Source: Promethearchaeota archaeon
GTDB taxonomy: Archaea > Asgardarchaeota > Lokiarchaeia > Sigyniarchaeales > SOKP01
DNA length: 48,470 bases
Reading direction: 5' to 3'
NCBI GenBank assembly: GCA_048940645.1
Contig: JBHLOI010000026.1
Location: 1 to 48,470, forward strand
Shown here: positions 22,333 through 30,466 of the stretch, piece by piece
Layout of the letters: each line of letters begins with the position of its first letter
Position numbering within the stretch: position 1 is the stretch's first letter
Translations under genes and position numbers: made by a program
Notes under the pieces: generated by a model
Told to the model about the DNA's origin: nothing
The model's database searches: none
Seen by the model: only the letters and a program-made list of their open reading frames with translations

Positions 22333-24504
22333 TTACTTATGTTTAATTTCCAATCCAAATACGACTTTTTTTGTTAAGAGTTCCAGTTTTTCAAGTTTTT
22401 TTTTAATAAAAATTCTTACTTTTGCTGGACTAATTTTTGGATTATTAAAAAAAAGATCCTGAACTAGAGTCTCATTTTTTTTCCCCTTATTAGCTAGTTT
22501 TCTATGAAGGGGATCCTCATTATCATAAAGAGGTATAGGAAATGAAAAAGGCCTTTTATGAATGTGCCTGCTTGATTTAATTAACTTTATATTTTTCGTG
22601 AGTATTGGAGAATTGAGAACTGATGAAAGATAATATGCTTCATTAAGTATATCAGTTGAGAAATAATAGTTTTCTGAGGCAATGATAATATCTTTTTCAT
22701 AGTTATCAATAACAGCTGCTTTAATCATTGAACCACTCGCATTATATACAACAATAAAACGTTTATTGTAATATTGTTTTGACAGCTTATTCCAGTAGTT
22801 AAGATTTGAGAATAATGTTTCAATTTTACTTGTTGTTTTTTTCCTGTCTTGATAAATATTATTCAATTCATTATAAAATTCATGAGCTTTTGCATATTTT
22901 ACCAGATAATTCACATCAAATTCATAACTTTCATTAATAGGTAAAAAAATATCGCGAAATCTTTTAATGTAAAATGGAATTAAATCTTTGTTCAATAATG
23001 TTTTAAACCTAAATCTTTTTTCAATGGTTTTGTTTTGAAATTTGAAGATCCAATTTTTCTTTGCACGAGAAAGAATATCAGTGTCTGAAGAAATTATTAA
23101 ATTTCCATCTTTTTCAATATGAATGTTGAAAAATACAAGAGTTCTAGGAACAAGCGTGGCTCCTTGAAAAAATAAATCTTTATACTTGCTAAATGATAGA
23201 TTATTAAGAGTTCTTAGCTCTTTTTCTGGGAGTATTATTTTAACCCCTTCTTTTTCTATCTTAATACTGTTATATCTTGTCTCTTCCTGGAGATCTAAAT
23301 TGCTATTAAACAATTTTGCAGTAATAGGATATTTTTTCGAGAGAGGAATATTACTATTTTCTCCAATATACTTTGCTTTTAGGCAAATATGATTTATATT
23401 AAACAAATAACTATTTGGAAAATCCCAAATTTCTAACTCATTAAAAATGGAAAACTTTCTGAATTTATAACAGTGATCTCCGTTTAATACACTTTTAGTA
23501 ATCACAAAAAATATTTTTCCATTAAGTTTCAAGAATCTTTTGGGAATAGCATAGAAAAATATAGTTGCTAACTCAATATGAGTAATATATTGGCTAGGTG
23601 GCTTAATATTCAAAGATTCAGCTAAAGTTCTGATTTTAGTCTGATAACTCTTATCTTGAATATCCTTATATGTTAACCACGGTGGATTCCCAATAATTAA
23701 ATCAAAAGAATTTTTTAAATTTTCCCTACTAATGTAATTCTTTTCATTCTCTTTAGTAGGGAAGAGTGAATTCATGAAAACAACTTTCTGCTCACAAGTA
23801 TCTAATTCATTATATTCAAAGAAGTCCATTAGAATTAATACTAAATTAGTTTTAGTTGTTAATGTTGCTAAAGGATTAATATCAAATCCATACACATTAT
23901 CAATCGCATTTTTTTTTAATTCTTTTGGATATTTTGATTTTAAGATTTTCAAGAAAATTTCAACCAAAAAACTCCCTGAACCACATGCGGGATCTAGAAT
24001 TTTATTCCCAAATTCGTAAAAATCTTTAACCATCATCTTTACTAGAGTTTGGGAAGTATAAAATTCTCCTAATCGGTGTCTTATTATTGGAAAAAAAATT
24101 TGTTGATAAAGACTCTGAAATAAATCTTGATGTGAAAAAACACCATGATCTAATATTTCAAATATTTTTTCATGTAAAGTGCTATCTAAATGATAGTATA
24201 ATAACTCATTAAATTCATTGAATTCGACTTCTTTTTTAGTGTGATGATCTCTTAATTTTTTATTTAGTATCAATCTAAGAATTAGAACATAATAGGCTTG
24301 TTTAAGAAGTAAATCTTTGGAGGGAATAACGTTATAAATTTTTTTATAAAATGATTTTCTTCTTTGTAAATGCTCTAGATATTTGTGCTTTTCTTCTTTT
24401 ACTTCTTTTTCAAGGTATTGAATTGCTTCTTTATAGATTTGTGAGTTTAATCCAAAATATTTAACTATAAACTGAGAATCTACTACTTTTTTATTCTCAA
24501 CCAT
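22333..24504 (-). CDS. N6-adenine DNA methyltransferase with C-terminal target-recognition region (type IIG/Eco57I-like, no evident nuclease domain)
   Basis: LGEFYT, DPACGSGSFL (motif I), GFDINP, GNPPW (motif IV), and a TRD-like YYLSSVLNS segment. Confidence 0.9.
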   Translation of the reverse strand: MVENKKVVDSQFIVKYFGLNSQIYKEAIQYLEKEVKEEKHKYLEHLQRRKSFYKKIYNVIPSKDLLLKQAYYVLILRLILNKKLRDHHTKKEVEFNEFNELLYYHLDSTLHEKIFEILDHGVFSHQDLFQSLYQQIFFPIIRHRLGEFYTSQTLVKMMVKDFYEFGNKILDPACGSGSFLVEIFLKILKSKYPKELKKNAIDNVYGFDINPLATLTTKTNLVLILMDFFEYNELDTCEQKVVFMNSLFPTKENEKNYISRENLKNSFDLIIGNPPWLTYKDIQDKSYQTKIRTLAESLNIKPPSQYITHIELATIFFYAIPKRFLKLNGKIFFVITKSVLNGDHCYKFRKFSIFNELEIWDFPNSYLFNINHICLKAKYIGENSNIPLSKKYPITAKLFNSNLDLQEETRYNSIKIEKEGVKIILPEKELRTLNNLSFSKYKDLFFQGATLVPRTLVFFNIHIEKDGNLIISSDTDILSRAKKNWIFKFQNKTIEKRFRFKTLLNKDLIPFYIKRFRDIFLPINESYEFDVNYLVKYAKAHEFYNELNNIYQDRKKTTSKIETLFSNLNYWNKLSKQYYNKRFIVVYNASGSMIKAAVIDNYEKDIIIASENYYFSTDILNEAYYLSSVLNSPILTKNIKLIKSSRHIHKRPFSFPIPLYDNEDPLHRKLANKGKKNETLVQDLFFNNPKISPAKVRIFIKKKLEKLELLTKKVVFGLEIKHK

Positions 24505-24689
24505 CCTTTCTCAAATATCCAATCCCAATCAAATTTATCTTCAGATGAATTTTCAATGCTTTCATTTTGAGAAGAATTAACACCCTTAGAATTTATAATA
24601 GATTTTTTATCTTTATAATGATGGATTTTCGTGCGGAAATTAGATTTAATATTATTTTCTTTTTTAGCTTTAGACTTATTCATATCCAT
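24483..24689 (-). CDS. Small disordered hypothetical protein with an acidic/Trp-rich C-terminus
   Basis: 68-aa ORF between the PLD-like gene and the methyltransferase, overlapping the methyltransferase start; ends EDKFDWDWIFEKGWLRIKK. Confidence 0.45.
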   Translation of the reverse strand: MDMNKSKAKKENNIKSNFRTKIHHYKDKKSIINSKGVNSSQNESIENSSEDKFDWDWIFEKGWLRIKK

Positions 24690-24726
24690 CGCAATATTAA
24701 TTATTAGACTTTAAAGAAGTAAGATA

Positions 24727-25263
24727 TTATGTTCTCATAAAAGATGGAAGCATCAAAGTAAAGATTTCTGCTATTGTACGCAACTTGGTAGTTTCTTGGA
24801 TAGAAGTAACTATTAAAATAGATTTTTCAAGCTCATCTTTATCTAGTGATCCTCCTGAGTAAATTGCCTTTTCAGAATTAAATGCCAATAAATATCGAAC
24901 ATTTGGATTGTTTATAATACTTATTCCGCCGGTTTGCTTTAAGTCATCGTAAATCTCTTGATAACCTTTTGGAAGCCCTCCCCTATCATTAGTGATTATT
25001 AAAATAGGGATTCCTTGGTCTGCTAACTTCTTTAACTCATTAGCATAGAATTTGCCTATTTTAGGAGAAACAATATTTAGTTGGGTAGTAGTTGAGGTAA
25101 TTAACTCAATCAATAGGTCATTTAATAGATTCTTTTTATCCGAACCTCCTGATGATTTTAAATCTACCATCCCTACTAGTGATAATACCTTACTTTCTAA
25201 ATCTTGTACCTGTTTTTTGAGATTTTGATTCTCAAACCGAAGCTCAATTAATCTGTCTGACAA
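24727..25263 (-). CDS. Coiled coil plus degenerate phospholipase-D-like (HKD-less) domain
   Basis: N-terminal heptad helix; QLNIVSPKI...LADQGIPILIITND scaffold. The expected HxK-x4-D..GSxN region reads VRYLLAFNSEKAIYSGGSL. Confidence 0.65.
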   Translation of the reverse strand: MSDRLIELRFENQNLKKQVQDLESKVLSLVGMVDLKSSGGSDKKNLLNDLLIELITSTTTQLNIVSPKIGKFYANELKKLADQGIPILIITNDRGGLPKGYQEIYDDLKQTGGISIINNPNVRYLLAFNSEKAIYSGGSLDKDELEKSILIVTSIQETTKLRTIAEIFTLMLPSFMRT

Positions 25264-25345
25264 AATAAATCGGTTATAAATTTAATTTTTATATATTAGT
25301 TAATATACTAAATTTTTAAAAATATTTGCTAAAGGAAATTTGATT

Positions 25346-27931
25346 TTAATTAAGTTTTTTCCAAGGTTTCCCGAATAGCATATAACTTGAAATTGCTAAA
25401 GAATTTTGTAAATCTATACTCACACTTCCTTCCTTGTCGCTTAGATCTTTAAATTTTTCTTCTACAAGTTTAGTCATCTTATTTGCCATACATACTTGTT
25501 TTGCCTTTAACAGTGAAATCCCTTGACTCGTGTTCTTAAATAAATTAATATAGAAATTAGCAATAATTTCCTTTGTTTCATTGTCAAATATCGGATAATT
25601 TCTAGATATTATTCCTAATATCTTGTCATAATCAAATTGTTCTGTGATTTCACCAAAAGTTTTTAGGACATTTCCCATTTTTTTTCCGTTTACATCATAA
25701 ATTTGTGTATTAAAAAATAAAAAGGGTTGTTTAGTTTCTCTGTTGAAGTTTTTTGTTAACGAATTATAAATCTCTCTAATCGTAACTATTTGATTATCAT
25801 TTGTAATAAAGAAACTATCATTAGGGTTCCACTTTGAATAAAAAATATTACCAACAAAATGTATGATATGATTTGTACCCTTCGATATATTAGATAAAAT
25901 GGCTTCCCTTGTTGATTGTTTATTGGAAAGTACTGTTATTGTTTTAACCTCTTCCCTTTCATTAAAGAATTTTGTAATAAAGTCTAATTCATTTGCTCCA
26001 GCAGAAAAAGGAAAAATTAACTCTTTATTTTTAATTGAATCGTTCCATTTGAATGGTCCCAAAGCATTTATTGAATCTATTAATAAGACATTATATTGGT
26101 TTAATTCACTAGTTTCTTGCACCCCTTTTTCACCAAGTTCAAAAGCAACTCCGCCTAAAGGTGGTTCACCAATAATATATCCTATTGAATATTTCAATAA
26201 AAAGAAATTGTTATCGTAAATCAATTCAAAAGGGATGGTCATGTGTTCTAATATGAAATATATCTCAGGTATGAAAGTTAAAGCCTTTATTTCAAACTGT
26301 TTTAAAAGTTTTCGTATAATTTTTGGAAGAAATATATATAATAATTTTCCAAATTCCATAAGATTAAAATCAAATCTTTTCTCTTCACCTTCAGAGAAGA
26401 TTTCATTATAGAGTTCTATAATTTGTGCATCATTCCAAAACTCATTTAATATTTTTCCATCAAATATTTCACCATCTTGAGACATTATCCTATAAGAAAT
26501 TAGACCCTGCCCATCTATTCTAAAAATCATTTGTTTTATTATGAACTTTTCTGCCTCAAAATGGAATTCCTCTGATTTAAATGAATATATATTTTCGTGT
26601 AATGCTTCTGTTTCATGATACAATATTGCAGGATCTAATATTATTGATTTAAGATGTTTATCTAAATATGGAATAATTTTACGAGCAAGATTATAATTCT
26701 TTTCTTCAAATAAGGCACGATAAAACATCATACGCCAAAAGTCTCGAGGTTCTAAAGAAAAAAACATAGATTTAAACTGCCAAAGATAATTGCATGTATA
26801 GAAGTAATGAAATAATTGAGCATTAGTTTGAGGAATCTTTAAATGGGTATTTAATTTCTCAAGAGATTGTAAAAGATATTTCTTTTCCTTCATATCTACA
26901 AATCTTTTGCATGCTTCAACCCACAATTCAATTAATAAGTTATCATATCCCAAATCTGTTTGAGACATAAAAAGATCTTCAAGAAAGTCATAAATATCAA
27001 ATGCTATTTCGAAACGATTTCGTGATATAGAAAAGTCAATAAATTTTCTAATATAAGTCACAGCATCACCAAATGATTGAAACTTTCTGATTTTTGCGAA
27101 TAGATTCTTTATAATTACTATAATCCATGAAAATTCTCCTATATTATTTAAATAAAGTATTAAATCTTCAAGATCTACTAATATTCCGTCGAAATTTCTT
27201 TCATTTATCGTTACTCGACTTAAATTACTAAATTCATTTTTTAGATATCCTGGGAGGCGATTTATTAGAATTTTATTTATTTTTTGAACAAATTCAGGAG
27301 AATTTTCTAATAATTGGTAGTTGTTGTTAATATTTTCCAAAAAAATATATAAAAATAAAGCTCTTTTATTAGGTTCCAGTTTAAATATTGTTCTACCTAA
27401 AATTTCCATACTAAAATGAAAAAATTCTTGAGGAAAAACAGATTTCCTTAAATACATTAATAAAATTTGTAATTCTATTAACTTCTGATATTCTTTTCTT
27501 TCACTTACTTTTACACAATAAGAATTTATAAATTTAGTAATACCAGATTGAGATAAGTCTTTCACAGTTATGAATGACTTTAAAAGGTTAGTTACAAAAT
27601 TATTAAAAATATAAAAATCATCCAATTTTGATAGAAAGGAAAAGAATCTTTTATATGCATCAATATATTTAATCATATCAACATCTATTTTTCCCTCAGT
27701 TCTATGAATCAATGAATTAATGTACATCCACCAAGAATTTGAAATTACCATTATTAACTGGTGCTTCTTTTGGATGTCTAACCATTCATTTTTTTCAATC
27801 TCGAAATATAAATCGGTTAATAGTCTATCTGCCCATCTATGATTACCAAATTGCAATAAACGCCTACTCTGTATAACTTTTTGTTGGAAAACCTCTAAAA
27901 AATTACTTTCTGTAGATAAATTGACAGTCAT
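25346..27931 (-). CDS. Alpha-solenoid protein with a C-terminal catalytically inactive CHAT (caspase/separase-fold) domain
   Basis: FGKLLY..LP, IPFELIYD, ANELDFI, HIIHFVGNI (in place of HFxGHG), FLFFNTQ (in place of FLNAC), NFYINLF, SYMLFGKP. Confidence 0.75.
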   Translation of the reverse strand: MTVNLSTESNFLEVFQQKVIQSRRLLQFGNHRWADRLLTDLYFEIEKNEWLDIQKKHQLIMVISNSWWMYINSLIHRTEGKIDVDMIKYIDAYKRFFSFLSKLDDFYIFNNFVTNLLKSFITVKDLSQSGITKFINSYCVKVSERKEYQKLIELQILLMYLRKSVFPQEFFHFSMEILGRTIFKLEPNKRALFLYIFLENINNNYQLLENSPEFVQKINKILINRLPGYLKNEFSNLSRVTINERNFDGILVDLEDLILYLNNIGEFSWIIVIIKNLFAKIRKFQSFGDAVTYIRKFIDFSISRNRFEIAFDIYDFLEDLFMSQTDLGYDNLLIELWVEACKRFVDMKEKKYLLQSLEKLNTHLKIPQTNAQLFHYFYTCNYLWQFKSMFFSLEPRDFWRMMFYRALFEEKNYNLARKIIPYLDKHLKSIILDPAILYHETEALHENIYSFKSEEFHFEAEKFIIKQMIFRIDGQGLISYRIMSQDGEIFDGKILNEFWNDAQIIELYNEIFSEGEEKRFDFNLMEFGKLLYIFLPKIIRKLLKQFEIKALTFIPEIYFILEHMTIPFELIYDNNFFLLKYSIGYIIGEPPLGGVAFELGEKGVQETSELNQYNVLLIDSINALGPFKWNDSIKNKELIFPFSAGANELDFITKFFNEREEVKTITVLSNKQSTREAILSNISKGTNHIIHFVGNIFYSKWNPNDSFFITNDNQIVTIREIYNSLTKNFNRETKQPFLFFNTQIYDVNGKKMGNVLKTFGEITEQFDYDKILGIISRNYPIFDNETKEIIANFYINLFKNTSQGISLLKAKQVCMANKMTKLVEEKFKDLSDKEGSVSIDLQNSLAISSYMLFGKPWKKLN

Positions 27932-27949
27932 GGTTTTTGAAATTTTATA

Positions 27950-29095
27950 TTATTGTAAATTTGGATTTTCTACCCAACCCTTGTTTAATTTTTCTTTTGA
28001 GTATAGAATTGAAGCCCCTATCCAACCCATATTATCTCTTCCAGAGGCAGCAATTACTTTAATTTTGTTTTTTAATTTTTCTGAGAAAAATGCTTGTAAC
28101 TCAAATTCTAATCTTTTATCTAATCCGGGGATGAGACTTCCACCACCTGATAAGATAATATTAGGGATTAATTCCTCCCAATTCTCTCTCTCCCACGTCT
28201 TTATTACTTTTGAAACGGCTTCTGCTAACCCAATATAATCAACATGAGCTAATCTTGGATTAAATAAGGGTTCTGTTAATAAAAAGCGTTCTAAATTAAT
28301 CTTTAAATTAGATCCATCTGGAAGATCAATAATTCTATCATATTTCGTTAATCCTTCTTTTACTCTTTTTTGTTCTTCTTTAGGATCTAATAAACATAGT
28401 GATAATTTTTCTTTAATTTCTTTTGCAATTGATTTATCAATATAAATACTTTTTTTAGTCCCGATTCGACTTAATATTAAATTTAAGAAGTAATCTGTTA
28501 ATTGTTTTCCAGAAATAGGGAAAACATCGCGGGCCATTATATTAGTAAATCCATGAAAAATTGTTGAGATATAAGTAGAAGATTCACCCATATTTACAAC
28601 AACGCCACTAGATTTTTGTAATGTAGAAAGAATCGCCTGACTTTCATGTAAGAAGAGAAGTGAAGGAAAATTTAATGTTTTAAAAAATAATTCTTGTAAT
28701 TTTGATTTCTCTAAATCAGATATGAAAAAGGGTGTTAGGATAATTAAGGGTTGCCCAAATTGATATTGTTCATCAATTTTCAGTTCTTTATAATAATGCA
28801 AAAAAAATTTAAGCAGTAAATTATAATTCTTTTCCTTTTTAAACTCGTGAATTCGTAATATATTCTGATATTTTAACGCCTGATGACCTACCAGATGTGT
28901 AATTGGACTTTCTTCAAGAAATAATTCTTCTAATCCTTCAATAATATCAGAAGTGAATATATAATCAGAAATGTCCACATATACACTCGGAGCAATTATA
29001 TCCGGAAAATCATCACCTGCCCATCCTATCCTTGAAATAGCTGAACCGAAATCAAGAATTAAAGGACGTGTTTGGTCTTTTGGTTTCAAGGACAT
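27950..29095 (-). CDS. Divergent actin-family protein (Asgard actin/ARP-like)
   Basis: LILDFGSAISRIGWAGDDFP (phosphate 1), GVVVNMGESSTY (phosphate 2), GKQLTDY, IKEKL, LPDG..ERF..EPLFNP, ILSGGGSLIPG, WIGASIL. Confidence 0.93.
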   Translation of the reverse strand: MSLKPKDQTRPLILDFGSAISRIGWAGDDFPDIIAPSVYVDISDYIFTSDIIEGLEELFLEESPITHLVGHQALKYQNILRIHEFKKEKNYNLLLKFFLHYYKELKIDEQYQFGQPLIILTPFFISDLEKSKLQELFFKTLNFPSLLFLHESQAILSTLQKSSGVVVNMGESSTYISTIFHGFTNIMARDVFPISGKQLTDYFLNLILSRIGTKKSIYIDKSIAKEIKEKLSLCLLDPKEEQKRVKEGLTKYDRIIDLPDGSNLKINLERFLLTEPLFNPRLAHVDYIGLAEAVSKVIKTWERENWEELIPNIILSGGGSLIPGLDKRLEFELQAFFSEKLKNKIKVIAASGRDNMGWIGASILYSKEKLNKGWVENPNLQ

Positions 29096-29143
29096 AAAAA
29101 ATCTTCAACTTTTTAGTTAAGAATGTTATTTAATAATAGAACC

Positions 29144-29881
29144 TTAGAGAGGTCTTTGTTGATGAACATAATCATCCGCTAGGCGCTTAAGTTGATATTC
29201 CTTAATTTGTAATTCCAATAAGCCTAATACTTTTTTAAACTCACTTGACATAGATTCAATATCAACATCCGTCAACTTTTCAACCTCATCTCGCTTAATT
29301 TTAAACTGCCCTAAATTAAACTGAATTTTTTCATGTAATGTATTAATTGAATTCACTAAATCCTCTGTATTCTTTTTTGTTATTTTTCTCATCTTTCTTA
29401 AAATTGCTAAAATCGATGAAACTGAATTTTCCCACATTCCATAACGATCGCCATAACCTTGAAATACCTTTTCAAAAAACTGAGATAAATTAAGATAAAC
29501 ATTATCCTTTTTAGAAAATGAAGGTTTTATTACGGTTTTAGGCATTTTTTCTTCCTTTTGCTCTTCTAGAATTGCTGTTGATTTTGCTTCCTCCATTGGT
29601 GCTATTATTGTTCTTTCTTTCGTTTGTCCTCGTTCTGATAAAGGAATCTCTTCCATCATATAATCCTCAGCAATCTTTTTTTTAGTCTCATACGAAAGTT
29701 GAGGCTCAATTTTTTTCTCTTCTTCCCTAGGTGCTACATATCCTGTATCTTCTGAAAAAGCTTTAAGTAATCCCTGTAGAGTAGATTCCGTTTTTTTAGA
29801 ACTTTTTAATGCTGTATCTAGAGTATAACTAGATACCTCCTCTTTTTCTTTCTTTTTATCTTTCTTCTTTTTTTTAGCCAT
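29144..29881 (-). CDS. Hypothetical protein: Lys-rich N-terminus, charged disordered linker, C-terminal coiled-coil bundle
   Basis: Begins MAKKKKKDKKKEKEE; heptad-like helices in the last ~110 aa. Confidence 0.7.
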   Translation of the reverse strand: MAKKKKKDKKKEKEEVSSYTLDTALKSSKKTESTLQGLLKAFSEDTGYVAPREEEKKIEPQLSYETKKKIAEDYMMEEIPLSERGQTKERTIIAPMEEAKSTAILEEQKEEKMPKTVIKPSFSKKDNVYLNLSQFFEKVFQGYGDRYGMWENSVSSILAILRKMRKITKKNTEDLVNSINTLHEKIQFNLGQFKIKRDEVEKLTDVDIESMSSEFKKVLGLLELQIKEYQLKRLADDYVHQQRPL

Positions 29882-29909
29882 TTGAATTATTCAACAAATT
29901 TTTTTTAAC

Positions 29910-30311
29910 TTAATCTAATGGAAGAACCTCTACCTTTAGGGCATCGCCTTTTTCTTTCAGAATTCTTTTAAGGCTTTCGAGATTATCAGGACTCTCTGAT
30001 ATAACAGTCCACTCAGCAGTTTTATCTTTTTCTATAATCACTGCTTCACTATACATCATACTTAGACCTTGTTCTCCATATGTATTTGCAAGTTTAGCAA
30101 GTGCCCCAGGAATATCTCTCATAGTGATCCGGAGCTTAATTGGATTTTTCTCATCAGCTAAACCTATGGGTGTAATTTTAATCTCTTTACTTTCCGAATC
30201 TGCTACAAGCATTAACTGTGAGTTCGTAGTGAGACCCAAGCTCTTTCGAATTAACTGAGGAATTACAATCCGGCCTCTATTGTCAATGGTGATTACTCTA
30301 ACTTCTTTCAT
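29910..30311 (-). CDS. AbrB/MazE-type DNA-binding domain fused to an ACT domain
   Basis: IDNRGRIVIPQLIRKSLGL (AbrB) and ITMRDIPGALAKLANTYGEQGLSM (ACT). Confidence 0.88.
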   Translation of the reverse strand: MKEVRVITIDNRGRIVIPQLIRKSLGLTTNSQLMLVADSESKEIKITPIGLADEKNPIKLRITMRDIPGALAKLANTYGEQGLSMMYSEAVIIEKDKTAEWTVISESPDNLESLKRILKEKGDALKVEVLPLD

Positions 30312-30466
30312 AGAATCAACTTATTGTAATTTTAGTTATAATTATTATTAAGTTTCAAATATAAAAATTTTATACAAACAAATTACCTATTGAAAGAAGT
30401 ATAAAAAAAAAAACAATTGAAATTCACAAAGAAAAATAGGGATGTTTGAAAAAATAGTATAGTTGA

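Noticed and set aside
25346-27931. CHAT protein as a CRISPR-associated (Craspase-like) or other defence protease
   Set aside because: Catalytic dyad absent; no cas, gasdermin or other defence genes recognisable in the window.
23186-28238. Plus-strand ORFs at 23186, 23774, 25899 and 27921
   Set aside because: Antisense shadows of the methyltransferase, CHAT and actin genes.
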